DNA of 52,286 nt from Acidilobaceae archaeon (GTDB taxonomy: Archaea > Thermoproteota > Thermoprotei_A > Sulfolobales > Acidilobaceae). The notes under the pieces were generated by a model. The model ran no database searches. It was not told the DNA's origin and saw nothing but the letters and a program-made list of their open reading frames with translations. A program made the position numbers and the translations under genes. The DNA lies in contig JALWOJ010000162.1 in the NCBI GenBank assembly GCA_026995555.1, positions 1 through 52,286 of the forward strand, read 5' to 3'. Positions 39,739 to 49,770 of this stretch are shown one piece after another (position 1 is the first letter of the stretch; the number at the start of each line of letters is the position of its first letter).

Positions 39739-40415
39739 GTTTCACTCATTTTCAACGCTAAACACCTCCTTATGCTCCATTCCATCAGCCAGTACATAAC
39801 ATAAATGCTTATCGCAACAATGCTCCAGTCAACAATTTCATCTCTAATAAAGTCGGGGCCGAGCTTCGCTCTATGTAAATAAGCTAAAGGAGCAAATACT
39901 ATTCCTCCTATCGTTACTGAAATTAAAAGACCAACAGCCATCGATGCATAGAGGATCCTCCTGTCCGCAAAAGAACATAAGTTGAGATCCGTGAAGCGAA
40001 GTCCCCTCCTCCTGCCCAGATAATGGAAGATCCCTAGGACTAGATATGCCACAAGTATCCCAGCCCCGAGCATTACGTCAAAGAAGTCATGTGGTGAAAG
40101 ACTTATGGAAACTCCTGTTAGAATGATCATAACGATCATAATGATCAAAAGACCTTGGGAATACCTATCTAACCTCCCCCTATCATACTGAATCGCCGCC
40201 CAGATTGCAATAGGTATGAGCACTACATCGGCTATTATAATAGCTAAACTGAAGGCTTGGGAATATACTAGATCAAGGACTGCAATGCTCAGACCGATAG
40301 CTCCGATCGTGTAATAAAGGTGGTTCCTCCTTTTGATGCCCAGACCTACGAATGTAGCAAAAACAGAGGCAATACATATCAGCAGAATATTATAGAGCAT
40401 ATTATTTAAAGTCAC
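39735..40415 (-). CDS. Hypothetical membrane protein (~7 TM)
   Basis: Hydrophobic ORF, no recognised motif. Confidence 0.6.
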   Translation of the reverse strand: MTLNNMLYNILLICIASVFATFVGLGIKRRNHLYYTIGAIGLSIAVLDLVYSQAFSLAIIIADVVLIPIAIWAAIQYDRGRLDRYSQGLLIIMIVMIILTGVSISLSPHDFFDVMLGAGILVAYLVLGIFHYLGRRRGLRFTDLNLCSFADRRILYASMAVGLLISVTIGGIVFAPLAYLHRAKLGPDFIRDEIVDWSIVAISIYVMYWLMEWSIRRCLALKMSET

Positions 40416-40597
40416 CCTTTAATTCCCCTTTATAATAGTTTAACAAAAGAATGTAAAACTCTTTATTAGGAGTCTCTTATTTCAGATATTCATTTAGCCG
40501 TTTAGATAATTCCCATTAAATATAATTTGAATTTCATGTTCTAAGGCTTTTGAAACGGTTTCTAGGCCTTCCTATGACCTTTAGATTAATTAAAAGT

Positions 40598-41080
40598 TCA
40601 TTTTCTTTTAGATATAATCTTTCTAAAGTCTGGTATTAAAGCTGGAACCCTCTTCATATAATCTAAGTATTTATCTTTCCAGTAGTCGATCAGTTCCTTC
40701 TCCTCAAGCTTGATGAGGTAAATCCAAGCTGGAATGAGAGCAACGGCAAAGAGTATCCCTAAGATACTTACCATGGTTAGTGGTATTGCTATTTGAATTA
40801 ATATCATGAAAAGATAAAAAGGATGTCTGCACAAACTGTATGGCCCCTCTGTGAGCAAACTTTCCATATCCTTCGGTTTATCATGTCTTGCAGGATATGA
40901 TCTGTGAATCGCAGATGCGAGGGCGACAGAGACGTAGAGTAAAACCGCTCCCAACAGGCTAACAACTATCCTGGACAACCCGCCTAAGGATAATATACTG
41001 TTAGTTAGTAATGAAATCGTTATTGTTAGTGCGGTTCCAAACCCAATAACTAGCTTACGCACCACAGCAGACTTAACCAA
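40598..41080 (-). CDS. ICMT/PEMT-family membrane methyltransferase
   Basis: LLTEGPYSLCRHPFY, EEKEL, YLDYMKRVPALIP. Confidence 0.88.
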   Translation of the reverse strand: MVKSAVVRKLVIGFGTALTITISLLTNSILSLGGLSRIVVSLLGAVLLYVSVALASAIHRSYPARHDKPKDMESLLTEGPYSLCRHPFYLFMILIQIAIPLTMVSILGILFAVALIPAWIYLIKLEEKELIDYWKDKYLDYMKRVPALIPDFRKIISKRK

Positions 41081-41597
41081 AGACGTGCACCTCTACCACC
41101 TCTATGATCGATAGAGTAAAGAAGGTAACAAAGGCATAGAGTATAAGCTTACTGGTCTGGTTAAGCGTTGACTTCCATTTACATAGAAGATCATTACACT
41201 CCTTTTGTACATAATATGTTCTAGCAACGATAAGCCACAGTAATAGGTATGCTTGAGTTTCAATATGTCCATAAATAAAGTGAGCAAGGCTACAGTGATT
41301 GGTTAGCCAGGAAGCAAACAACACACCAGAGGAGATCGATGCAAAGATAACAGCTGGTATCCCCAGTGCGGGATGCAAGATCACAAAGGTGGCTGTAATT
41401 AGAAAGGACGTTGTGTTGTTTAGCCATATGTGCATCACTGCATTTAATACGTTATGACTTTTAATGAACGATATAGATTCGATGGGAGAAACCCTAGAGA
41501 AAGAAAGGAGCATTAATCCTGTAACAGTGAACGTAATAGCATAAACGAGCTCGTAAATAATTAACCATGTAGATAGCTTAGACCGTTTAAATCTCAA
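41073..41597 (-). CDS. SpoIIM/DUF95-like membrane protein
   Basis: IWLNN, YGHIETQA, C-terminal SIIEV pattern. Confidence 0.5.
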   Translation of the reverse strand: MRFKRSKLSTWLIIYELVYAITFTVTGLMLLSFSRVSPIESISFIKSHNVLNAVMHIWLNNTTSFLITATFVILHPALGIPAVIFASISSGVLFASWLTNHCSLAHFIYGHIETQAYLLLWLIVARTYYVQKECNDLLCKWKSTLNQTSKLILYAFVTFFTLSIIEVVEVHVFG

Positions 41598-41767
41598 TTA
41601 CGACTTCCCAATATTGAATTGGAACCAAACTGCACGATTAAAACTTTTATTAATGATGTTATCTCGTAATTCGTATTCATAAAAGTTTTATGTATTAGAG
41701 CCATCATTGTCAAACATTTCAAGAAGATCGCATAAGACTACCGAAACTACTGAAAAGAAAAGAGGTG

Positions 41768-41844
41768 TGGGGCCCGGGCCGGGATTCGAACCCGGGACCT
41801 CCGGGTCCACAGCCCGGCGCTCTACCAGCTGAGCTACCCGGGCC
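41768..41844 (-). tRNA. tRNA-His(GUG) with encoded G-1 and CCA
   Basis: G+GCCCGGG/CCCGGGC+C acceptor, CCGGG-CT-GTG-GA-CCCGG, GGTTCGAATCC. Confidence 0.97.
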
Positions 41845-41849
41845 ACGAA

Positions 41850-41926
41850 CTCCCCACGGATGGGGAGGGGCCCTCTCGGGAATCTCATCCCCTCGAAGGT
41901 CGAACCGGGCCCCAACCGATCTTCAT
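41850..41926 (-). ncRNA. Structured RNA in tRNA-His leader (C/D-like or K-loop RNA candidate)
   Basis: GGGGCCC/GGGCCCC stem, TCGA...GATGA K-loop, CTCCCCA/TGGGGAG hairpin, ATGAAGA at 5' end, TATA 41946-41951. Confidence 0.45.
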
Positions 41927-41957
41927 AAATCTCTTGGTAAGGGAAATATAAGTTTCT

Positions 41958-42839
41958 TCACTCCTTGCTCTCCTCGTAAATGACTCCTGCCACGCACAAA
42001 ATTATTGAAGCTATCAGCAGGGCTTGAGATGGCGTTATGTGCTGATTCAGAATAAAATAAGCCAGAAGGGAGGCGCCTATAGGCTCCGTTAACGCTATTG
42101 ACGTAACCGTACTTGACTTCATAAATCTTAGAAGGTAGTTCATCAAGGTGTGACCTCCCATCATTGGGATCACTGCCAGGAGAACAAAATATATGTAAGA
42201 CTTGATCCCGTAGTGTATAAGATTTGCCCTTGTGAGAATAGAGTAGGCCAATATAGTTAGGGTTGCAAAAAGGTAGACTGGAGTTACATATTCGGACAGG
42301 TTTAAGGTCCTTCTTAGCGACTTTCCTATGGAAAAGTATGTGGAGGCTGCGAGGGCCCCTCCTAGCGCCAAAAGGAAGCCTTCGGGTTTTGAGCCAGAAA
42401 ACCTTGGGTTGACAAAGAATGATAAGAAAACAAAACCTAAGATCATGTAGATTATTTGCCTCTTGCTTATCCTCTCCTTAAAAACCTTGAAGTCTATTAT
42501 AAGGTTAAAGAACGGATATGTCGAAACTATGGTTACGCTAACGGCCACTGGCACGAGAAATAACGACTTCATCCACAGGAGAAAATGGGCACCCAAAGCG
42601 ATGCCTGCTGCCAGGGTTAAGAGAATTGTTTGGGGAGAGTTCAGATAGCTTAGTGAGCTTCTAGAAGCAATCAAAGGTATTGAAACTAGAAGTGTTGAGA
42701 TGAGCATTCTCCAGAACGCACATGCATAGAAGGGGGCCCCTGAAAGTAAGACTAAAATTGAGGCTGAGGAGATGCTGAAAAACACTATCACAACTATTAA
42801 AGAGAGCAAGACCTTTCCTGGCCTCTTATGGGGTTCCAA
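41958..42839 (-). CDS. DMT/EamA family transporter
   Basis: AFWR, HFLLW, GHTLMNY, EPIGA; 10 TM helices. Confidence 0.9.
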   Translation of the reverse strand: MEPHKRPGKVLLSLIVVIVFFSISSASILVLLSGAPFYACAFWRMLISTLLVSIPLIASRSSLSYLNSPQTILLTLAAGIALGAHFLLWMKSLFLVPVAVSVTIVSTYPFFNLIIDFKVFKERISKRQIIYMILGFVFLSFFVNPRFSGSKPEGFLLALGGALAASTYFSIGKSLRRTLNLSEYVTPVYLFATLTILAYSILTRANLIHYGIKSYIYFVLLAVIPMMGGHTLMNYLLRFMKSSTVTSIALTEPIGASLLAYFILNQHITPSQALLIASIILCVAGVIYEESKE

Positions 42840-42878
42840 TGCCTCATGCTCCGCACAATGAAATAAGGTGGGAAGTAT

Positions 42879-45047
42879 TTATGTAAAGTCAAAACCTCCA
42901 GCACTTATATCATAGTGCATTGTTAGCGGGGTTGTAGTTCTTACGAACACATAGCCCTCCTTAAAAACATGACTCATTATCAACATGTGCCTATCCGGAA
43001 GCCTTGGTAAATAAGGTTTTACCTCTGAAGGGATCTCCATATGTTCTGCCTGAACCTTATCAGTCCTTAGCAATATCTTAGTGTTTGTCAGCTGGAGAAT
43101 AATGTCGTGAAGATCGCTAGGGCTGTGAGTCGAGAACAAAATTCCTATCCCTCTAGCCCTTCCGAGCCTTGCAACCTTAGCTATCATTCCAGCGACCTGC
43201 CTGCTTGCCTCCTTCTCCTCCTGAGCCCCCTTCTCCTGGGGGAAGAATTGGTGTGCTTCATCTATGATAACGAGCACGTTAGGGGTCCTTCTCCTCATTG
43301 CCCAAGCCCTCTGCTTCCAAGTTATCAGTCTCTCCAACATCCTGTAGGCAGCAAGTCTTGGACCCTCAATGCTACTTAGGCTCCTTTCCGACGACCACTT
43401 AAGATCCAGAACAATAGGCATATCATTATTATAAGCTTCATCTATCACCCTCTCCCAGCTTGGCTCTGGGAGGACCTCCATTTTATCATCGTCAGTGCTC
43501 ATTATAACGTCGATTATACCGCTATCAAGGAGGCTTCCGATTCTTCTCATAAGAGCTTCAAGGGTTCCCTTATGAGGTTTTATCTCGTAAAGGGCATCTA
43601 AGTAGAAGTCTGAGAGCTCCTCAAACGATGTTCTCTCATTGTTTATGATGAGGTCTGCAGTTCTCTCTGAGGACTCTAGAGGCTCTTTAAGGACAACCCA
43701 GCTCTCTATGGCCTCCTTAGCTATCTCTATCTCCTCTGGTCTATCAAGGCCTCCCTTTCTGAGCATTGACTCGTGATAAGCATGAAGAGAACCGTAAAGG
43801 ACCTGAAGAGGGCCAGCACAACCTTTTACTGGTCCCCTTCTCCTCACTCTCTCTCTAAGCCTTCTCATTAAGTCCCTTGCAAGTTGGGTGAGACCCGGCA
43901 TAAGTCCCGAGAGGGAGTCGCTTTCCGTACAAACGGTATTAACAACATAAGGAACGAAAATCACCTTAAGGTTTGGTCCCTCTATCTCAACAATTATTTC
44001 GTTTAAGCTCTTCCTTGCCAAAACTTTGGCTGGGGGTCCTCCGCCGGTCAGCGGAGATATCGATTCCAAATAATACCACTCCGCAATCTTCTCCATTATG
44101 CCTAGATATGTAGCTATACCCCTCTCCTCTATGAGAGCCTTCAGGGCCTCTGAGATCTCATAGAGGGTTATCGGAACAACAGCAATTATGCCCTTAGGAG
44201 GTCTTACTCCCCTAAATACTTTCTCCTTTATCGTCTGTTCAGGCTCAATAGGAGGTTGTGGCTGTGGAGGCAGAGGAAGCTGAACAAAGTCCTGATTCAT
44301 ATCAACAATAACGGCAACAGGTCTTTTAGCTCTGGGAAGCAGACTGTAAAGGCTTGCAACCAAATTCTTAATTGCCGTTGTCTTTCCAGATCCTGTAGTC
44401 CCTATGATAAGTATATGCTGATAAAAGGCCTTGAGAGGAAGACGAACAACTACAGAGCCGTTTTTGACTAGAGAGCCAGCCGTGGCCAGCGCACCTAAAG
44501 GCACGCCCTCCTTGGGTAAATCGAGGAGTCTTTCAAGTACCTCAGGTTTAGGGTCGACTACAGGGCTTTGCGGTTCTAGACTTGTGGTTGCAGGCCTTAC
44601 CTCACCGCTCTCAGGATCCATTTCAACAACTACTTCACCATACACCACAGTCCTTGTAAGTAGGCCTCTGGGATCAGGAGTGTTAACAAAACTTGAGAGG
44701 GGAGGTTCTAGGCCAAGCTGAGCAAGTTCATCTCTTCTCACTATGGCGGAGACTCTTACTAAGACTACTTTCAAATTCTTAGGATCGATCACTGCAAGAT
44801 AATCACCGACCTTGTGGAAAGGGGCATCTTTCTCAGAATAATATACCTGAGGATCTATTTCAAACTCTACCTTAGCACCCTCCTCAACCTTAACCTCTCC
44901 AAACCTGCTTATCCTTCCTACAACCTTTCCATACCTTCTAGCCATCTCATAGGCTGAGCTCAGCATCTCAGATACTCGAGACGCCAGGTCCTCTGTAGAC
45001 GATATCCAATTCCTCTCTCGATCATCTAAACTCTCATACCTGGCCAT
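42879..45047 (-). CDS. HerA-like ATPase (DUF87)
   Basis: HAS-barrel-like N-terminus, GTTGSGKT, IIDEAHQF, RLGRARG, STHSPSDL. Confidence 0.9.
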   Translation of the reverse strand: MARYESLDDRERNWISSTEDLASRVSEMLSSAYEMARRYGKVVGRISRFGEVKVEEGAKVEFEIDPQVYYSEKDAPFHKVGDYLAVIDPKNLKVVLVRVSAIVRRDELAQLGLEPPLSSFVNTPDPRGLLTRTVVYGEVVVEMDPESGEVRPATTSLEPQSPVVDPKPEVLERLLDLPKEGVPLGALATAGSLVKNGSVVVRLPLKAFYQHILIIGTTGSGKTTAIKNLVASLYSLLPRAKRPVAVIVDMNQDFVQLPLPPQPQPPIEPEQTIKEKVFRGVRPPKGIIAVVPITLYEISEALKALIEERGIATYLGIMEKIAEWYYLESISPLTGGGPPAKVLARKSLNEIIVEIEGPNLKVIFVPYVVNTVCTESDSLSGLMPGLTQLARDLMRRLRERVRRRGPVKGCAGPLQVLYGSLHAYHESMLRKGGLDRPEEIEIAKEAIESWVVLKEPLESSERTADLIINNERTSFEELSDFYLDALYEIKPHKGTLEALMRRIGSLLDSGIIDVIMSTDDDKMEVLPEPSWERVIDEAYNNDMPIVLDLKWSSERSLSSIEGPRLAAYRMLERLITWKQRAWAMRRRTPNVLVIIDEAHQFFPQEKGAQEEKEASRQVAGMIAKVARLGRARGIGILFSTHSPSDLHDIILQLTNTKILLRTDKVQAEHMEIPSEVKPYLPRLPDRHMLIMSHVFKEGYVFVRTTTPLTMHYDISAGGFDFT

Positions 45048-46270
45048 CTAACCTCAACCTCACCCAAATCCTCATAATCAAGTATGCTTCCTCTGGCCAC
45101 GAGCATAGATGATATGATATACTTAAGCGCCTTCGTTATCATCTTTGCTCTTCTATCACTAGCCTGTATACAGAGCGGTAGAAGGCTATCGTTAGCAAGG
45201 CTCGCTACTGAATATATTTGATAAGGTTCCATCCCCCAGGACCTCACGATCTCTAAAGTTTTCTCGCTGTACTCTATTCTAACCATTCTTCCTAGACCCG
45301 AGGACTCCTGAAGTCTACCAGGAGGTAAGACCAAGTATTCAACTATTTTATCTATGTTTTCTCCAACATCACTTCTAACCCTTATTTTTGGGGTTTTATA
45401 TATAAAGCCAGGTCTCCTCTTGACGCAACCACTTCTGTAAAGCAGATAAAGGGCGTTTTCATCGCTAAAGTCCTTAATCCCTATACATTTACTTATACTT
45501 GATGATATTTGAGGAGTTCTATAGAGGATCCTACTCCTCGATAATCTTTTTACAACACCTATAACAGGGATCCCCTGTTCCTCAAGACTTCTTACTGCCT
45601 CTATTCTTGAAGCTAGAAGAAATCTCCAAGCCTCGATATATTTTTCAGGAGCACCTATACCTACAAGTGCTCCAGGAACTAAATAGAGAGGTCCGTCAAC
45701 CATAACAACAGTTTTCTTCATTCCATTTAAAAGATTAGGTATGGCTTCTGAGAGGGCCCAGTTCTCAAGGAACACCCTGGCCTCATCTAAGGCCTGGGCA
45801 ACACTATAGTCCCTATCATATGGAATGCCTGCTGGATTCTTCAGATCCATCCAGGGAGGGGTCTCTAGGACTAGGGGTCCCCGAGCGTTAGGAAGCATTC
45901 TTATAAAAGGGGGGCCAGAACTGCTAAAGTTATCATATACTGAGGGCCAATCAAGAAGTTCAAATGCACCCCAAGACGTACTGACAGCCGCAATAACTAT
46001 ACTTGCCTGAGGTACATCTATTCTTCTACTGCTGGAGTCTACTCCAACAAACCTGATTTCCTTCCAATCTGTATGAGGGAGGGGAGTTCTGGGAGACAGA
46101 GGCTTTGACTGAAACTCATAAACCTCACTCTCAGCAAGCCCTGACTCCTCAACAGGCATCCTGACCTCTATGGCATCAGACAGCCTTAAAACAGAAGGTC
46201 CTCCAGAGTATCCATTTCCTAACCTACCTATTATGGCCATCAGCCTCTCCAGTGTAGATGCTATGTCCAA
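45026..46270 (-). CDS. NurA-domain nuclease
   Basis: VGVDSS, VMVDGPLY, IGVVKR; overlaps the HerA-like gene. Confidence 0.82.
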   Translation of the reverse strand: MDIASTLERLMAIIGRLGNGYSGGPSVLRLSDAIEVRMPVEESGLAESEVYEFQSKPLSPRTPLPHTDWKEIRFVGVDSSSRRIDVPQASIVIAAVSTSWGAFELLDWPSVYDNFSSSGPPFIRMLPNARGPLVLETPPWMDLKNPAGIPYDRDYSVAQALDEARVFLENWALSEAIPNLLNGMKKTVVMVDGPLYLVPGALVGIGAPEKYIEAWRFLLASRIEAVRSLEEQGIPVIGVVKRLSRSRILYRTPQISSSISKCIGIKDFSDENALYLLYRSGCVKRRPGFIYKTPKIRVRSDVGENIDKIVEYLVLPPGRLQESSGLGRMVRIEYSEKTLEIVRSWGMEPYQIYSVASLANDSLLPLCIQASDRRAKMITKALKYIISSMLVARGSILDYEDLGEVEVRWPGMRV

Positions 46271-46405
46271 CTCTCTCTACCTTTTCGTCTACCTAAATAA
46301 TACAATATAAGTGGTAATACCAGAAAAGTCATCCGTTTCTGAAAACCTTGAGCATCCCCTAGCTAGAGAGAGTGTTCTGAGGAAAATTATATGAAAAATC
46401 GGAAA

Positions 46406-46478
46406 CTCCTCGGCTACCCCAGAGTTTCTCATCGCCCAAAGGGGCTCATCGTACCGGGCATGACTCACCTCATCGGAG
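46406..46478 (-). ncRNA. C/D-box sRNA
   Basis: Stem CTCC/GGAG; C CGATGA, D' ATGA, GCCC/GGGC hairpin, C' CGATGA, D CCGA. Confidence 0.7.
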
Positions 46479-46486
46479 CCAAGCGA

Positions 46487-47401
46487 TCAAGTCACCATAG
46501 CTAAGAATTTTTTACCAAGGTCCTCCATTAACTCCTTTACACCCTCTCTCACATAGGGGGCTACTCTTGGATGATCAAGGGGGTTCCATGTCTTTGAAAG
46601 TAACTCATCTAACCTCTTTAACATGTCCTCTATAACTCCCTCAGAAACATCTATAGCGTATATTGTGTGAGAAGCTTCCTCGACCCTCTTTAGCTCATCT
46701 AAACCCTTCAGGTTGGCACATCTGGAAATTGCCAGCACTAATTTCGAAACCTTCGTCACGGGTACGGCTTCATAAATTCCTCTGCTCCCCTTAGACGTCA
46801 TATATGATATTATCGATTTGTTATCCTCCATATATAGAACCTTGGATATCTTTAGACCCCTCTTTAAGGCAACCTCCTTTATCCATGTGACCCTCTCATA
46901 GCTACTTTTGCTATTCTTTTTTGCTAGAAGTTCTATTGAACTTATGACTGCAGGAGATGGTAAATATAAAATGTTTTCGAATTTGACATCGATGTTGGCA
47001 ACTGCACCCCTTTCAAGCTCTTCTGCAACTTTCTCGGCAAGTCTTGAAACAAGAGATATGCCTAGAAGGCTTGGAGTTATTGCAATTATGCCTGAACCTC
47101 TCTTGAAGGCACTCTCAAGCACTGCAGCAGCTCTCTCGCTTCTGCCCATCTCTCCCTTAATTGTCTCATACTCATAAACTTCTACTCTTCTCACTTCAGG
47201 ATTATCGGCCAAGGAGTCTATGACCGCTGCAATAATAGGTGTTTCATCAAGGCTCGGGAATCTGAGGCTTTTAAGTAGTACTACAACCTCTCTCTTCCTT
47301 CCAGCCTTATTCCATTCAAGCCTTTCTACCCTTCCCTCTATAACCTTTAAAGATCTTTCTATGTGTTCAAGCTCCTTAACGCAGGCCTCAAGCTCTACCA
47401 A
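46487..47401 (-). CDS. Hypothetical protein
   Basis: 304-aa ORF with GGTG RBS; no motif recognised. Confidence 0.7.
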   Translation of the reverse strand: MVELEACVKELEHIERSLKVIEGRVERLEWNKAGRKREVVVLLKSLRFPSLDETPIIAAVIDSLADNPEVRRVEVYEYETIKGEMGRSERAAAVLESAFKRGSGIIAITPSLLGISLVSRLAEKVAEELERGAVANIDVKFENILYLPSPAVISSIELLAKKNSKSSYERVTWIKEVALKRGLKISKVLYMEDNKSIISYMTSKGSRGIYEAVPVTKVSKLVLAISRCANLKGLDELKRVEEASHTIYAIDVSEGVIEDMLKRLDELLSKTWNPLDHPRVAPYVREGVKELMEDLGKKFLAMVT

Positions 47402-47516
47402 ACTTGTGCACCGCAGGGCTTTAGCTGTAAATACTTAGACTAGAAAAGTTATTTAAGAGTACCTCTCTAACTAGATTTGTTCTGAAGATTTTTAAATTTT
47501 TATTAAATTTAATGAG

Positions 47517-47873
47517 TTACGATTTAAGCTCCTCTATAACGTTTTTGACAGCATCCTTTACCTTAACTCCTGTTATTGTAAAAATCTTAACTCCAAGGTA
47601 TTGTAATGCTGCATAGGCATTGGGACCAGGATTTGGACCCACATATACCGTTGCCTTAGCGTCAGCTATTGCTTGAGCCGCCTTGACGCCAGCACCACTT
47701 CCAGCCTCAGCTCCAGGGTTCTTTATAACTTCAACCTTCTTTATCTCTCCAGTATCAAGATCAGCCTCCACTATGGTAAAGGTTGGAGCCCTTCCAAGTC
47801 TATCATAAACCAGATCGTCAAGTCCCCCCTTCTCCGTGGGAATAGCTATCCTGATCGTGGCCATTCTCCTCAC
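47517..47873 (-). CDS. NifB/NifX-family (COG1433-like) protein
   Basis: RIAIP, LGRAPTFTIV, GAGVKAAQ, GPNA. Confidence 0.9.
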   Translation of the reverse strand: MRRMATIRIAIPTEKGGLDDLVYDRLGRAPTFTIVEADLDTGEIKKVEVIKNPGAEAGSGAGVKAAQAIADAKATVYVGPNPGPNAYAALQYLGVKIFTITGVKVKDAVKNVIEELKS

Positions 47874-48850
47874 CCCTTCTGAGGCCTAACTATAACCGGT
47901 ATATAGGGTTCAGGCTTCTTAGGTCTATATCTAGAATACCAGCTCCTCCAATCGCTTAGAACTTTTTCTGCCACAAAATCAGCTATTCTTCTCAACTCCT
48001 GAGAAGCTGAACTGTCTGGGAATGCTTCGACTACGGGTCTTCTCATATTTATAGATTTAGGCACCGACTCATCAAAGGGGATCTTACCGATGATTGGAAT
48101 GTTTTCCTCCTTAGCATATTCCTCTATATCATTTACCATCTCGGGATTTATGTCAAACTTATTTATAACTATCATTGGGGCTATCATGAAGTGCTTCGTA
48201 AGCTTATGAATTCTTTTCAGATCGCTAAGACTAGCCCTTGTCGGTTCAACAACTAGTAACGCAAATTGAGCACCTGTAAGACTTGATATCACCTGGCAAC
48301 CAATGCCAGCAGCGGCATCAAGCAGGAGAACACCTTCAGTACCTAGAAGGGCCTTTGCCCTGTTCTTGATCTCAGTGACTAACTTTCCCGAGTTAGGCCT
48401 ACCAGGAACTGATTCTCCAGATATCAGAGGAAATCCATATCTAGTCTTTTCAGCTAACATTATGTGTCCTGCAACGACCTTAAACTTATATCTTATAGCC
48501 TTGACCGGACAGGCTAAACTGCACGTCAAGCAGCCTTCGCATATGTACTCATTTATCTTATAATTGCCATCTATAACTTCGACTGCCCCGAAAGGACATT
48601 CTTCAGCACATATATTACACTTAGTACACTTATCCTGAAGTATGTAAGCTATCCTACCCTCGTAATACTCCTCTACCCTATCCCACCTGTCTATTCCAAG
48701 AACTATATGAAGGTTTGGTTCTTCAGCATCCGCATCAGCTGCAACAAGTTTGAGACCCTTCTTAGCCAAAAGTACTGCCAGGCTTCCAGAGATCGTTGAC
48801 TTACCAACACCGCCCTTCCCGCTAGCAATAACTAGTTCAACTACTGTCAT
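47870..48850 (-). CDS. MinD-superfamily P-loop ATPase with inserted ferredoxin (COG1149-like)
   Basis: SGKGGVGKS, two 4Fe-4S motifs, SGKLV, GIGC, VEPT. Confidence 0.9.
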   Translation of the reverse strand: MTVVELVIASGKGGVGKSTISGSLAVLLAKKGLKLVAADADAEEPNLHIVLGIDRWDRVEEYYEGRIAYILQDKCTKCNICAEECPFGAVEVIDGNYKINEYICEGCLTCSLACPVKAIRYKFKVVAGHIMLAEKTRYGFPLISGESVPGRPNSGKLVTEIKNRAKALLGTEGVLLLDAAAGIGCQVISSLTGAQFALLVVEPTRASLSDLKRIHKLTKHFMIAPMIVINKFDINPEMVNDIEEYAKEENIPIIGKIPFDESVPKSINMRRPVVEAFPDSSASQELRRIADFVAEKVLSDWRSWYSRYRPKKPEPYIPVIVRPQKG

Positions 48851-49770
48851 GGACTCTTCACCTCTACAAGACTTCTCCTTATAAGTGCTGAGACTTCCTC
48901 AGCAACCCTTCTAAGGACCCTAGCAGGTTCCGAGTCTGGGTTTTCAATGACGACAAGCTTTCCTTTTGCATAAGAGAGAACCACCTCCTTCGAGTAGGGA
49001 ATTCTAAAGACTTTTTCTACATTATACTCATCGGCTATTTTCAAGAGTTCGTCCTCCGGACCTATGTTAGATCTGTTAATAATCATCCATGTCCTTATAT
49101 CATTCCCTCTTGCTATCTCCAGAATTGCTCTAAGATCGTGAGCACCAAGAGGCGTAGGTTCTGTAACTGCTATCAAGATTTTACTTCCTTGAAGAGCTGC
49201 TGCAATAGAGTTCCCAGAACCTGCCCCCGTATCAACGATCAAAACATCTTTATCTTTGGCCTCTTCTAAAGCCCTTCTTTTGGTGTAAACCACTGCTGGA
49301 GGGGTATGTTCTTCTCCTTCCTTTAGCATCCCAGTGACAAGCTTAAAGGATCCTATTTTTGTAGAGACGTCTCTCACAAAAAGCTTTCCTATAACCCTTT
49401 CTCCTGGAAGCATAGCATCGTAAGGGCATGCATAGATACATGCCTTACACCCACTACAGAGTCTCGGCATTATCATAGGAGGTCTTCCCTTTGCCATTAC
49501 TATTGCTCCCGTATCGCAAACCTTTGCACAGGCACCGCAGGCGGTACACTTTTTATAATCTATTATGGGGAAAAACGATCTGATATCCTCAGATTTTCCA
49601 GGATCTTCCAATCCTAGAAGAAGAAAGTCGTTAGGTGCCTCAACATCTATATCAGCTAATACCACCTTAAACTTCTGAGAGAGAAGCGCAGCTAAGTTTG
49701 TTGCAACAAAACTCTTTCCAGTACCTCCCTTTCCCCCGCTAACGCCCAGTATAAAGGGCATGTTTTTCAC
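48847..49770 (-). CDS. MinD-superfamily P-loop ATPase with inserted ferredoxin (COG1149-like), paralog
   Basis: GGKGGTGKS, DVEAPN, CTACGAC, CSGCKAC, VTEPTPLGAHDL. Confidence 0.9.
   Translation of the reverse strand: MKNMPFILGVSGGKGGTGKSFVATNLAALLSQKFKVVLADIDVEAPNDFLLLGLEDPGKSEDIRSFFPIIDYKKCTACGACAKVCDTGAIVMAKGRPPMIMPRLCSGCKACIYACPYDAMLPGERVIGKLFVRDVSTKIGSFKLVTGMLKEGEEHTPPAVVYTKRRALEEAKDKDVLIVDTGAGSGNSIAAALQGSKILIAVTEPTPLGAHDLRAILEIARGNDIRTWMIINRSNIGPEDELLKIADEYNVEKVFRIPYSKEVVLSYAKGKLVVIENPDSEPARVLRRVAEEVSALIRRSLVEVKSP

Noticed and set aside
41867..41914. Plus-strand tRNA-like reading (GGGGCCC...GGTCGAACC-GGGCCCCA) as a split or permuted tRNA
   Set aside because: No D-arm, T-stem only 2 bp, no bulge-helix-bulge partner seen
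41688..41983. Two short ORFs
   Set aside because: Shadows of tRNA-His and its leader
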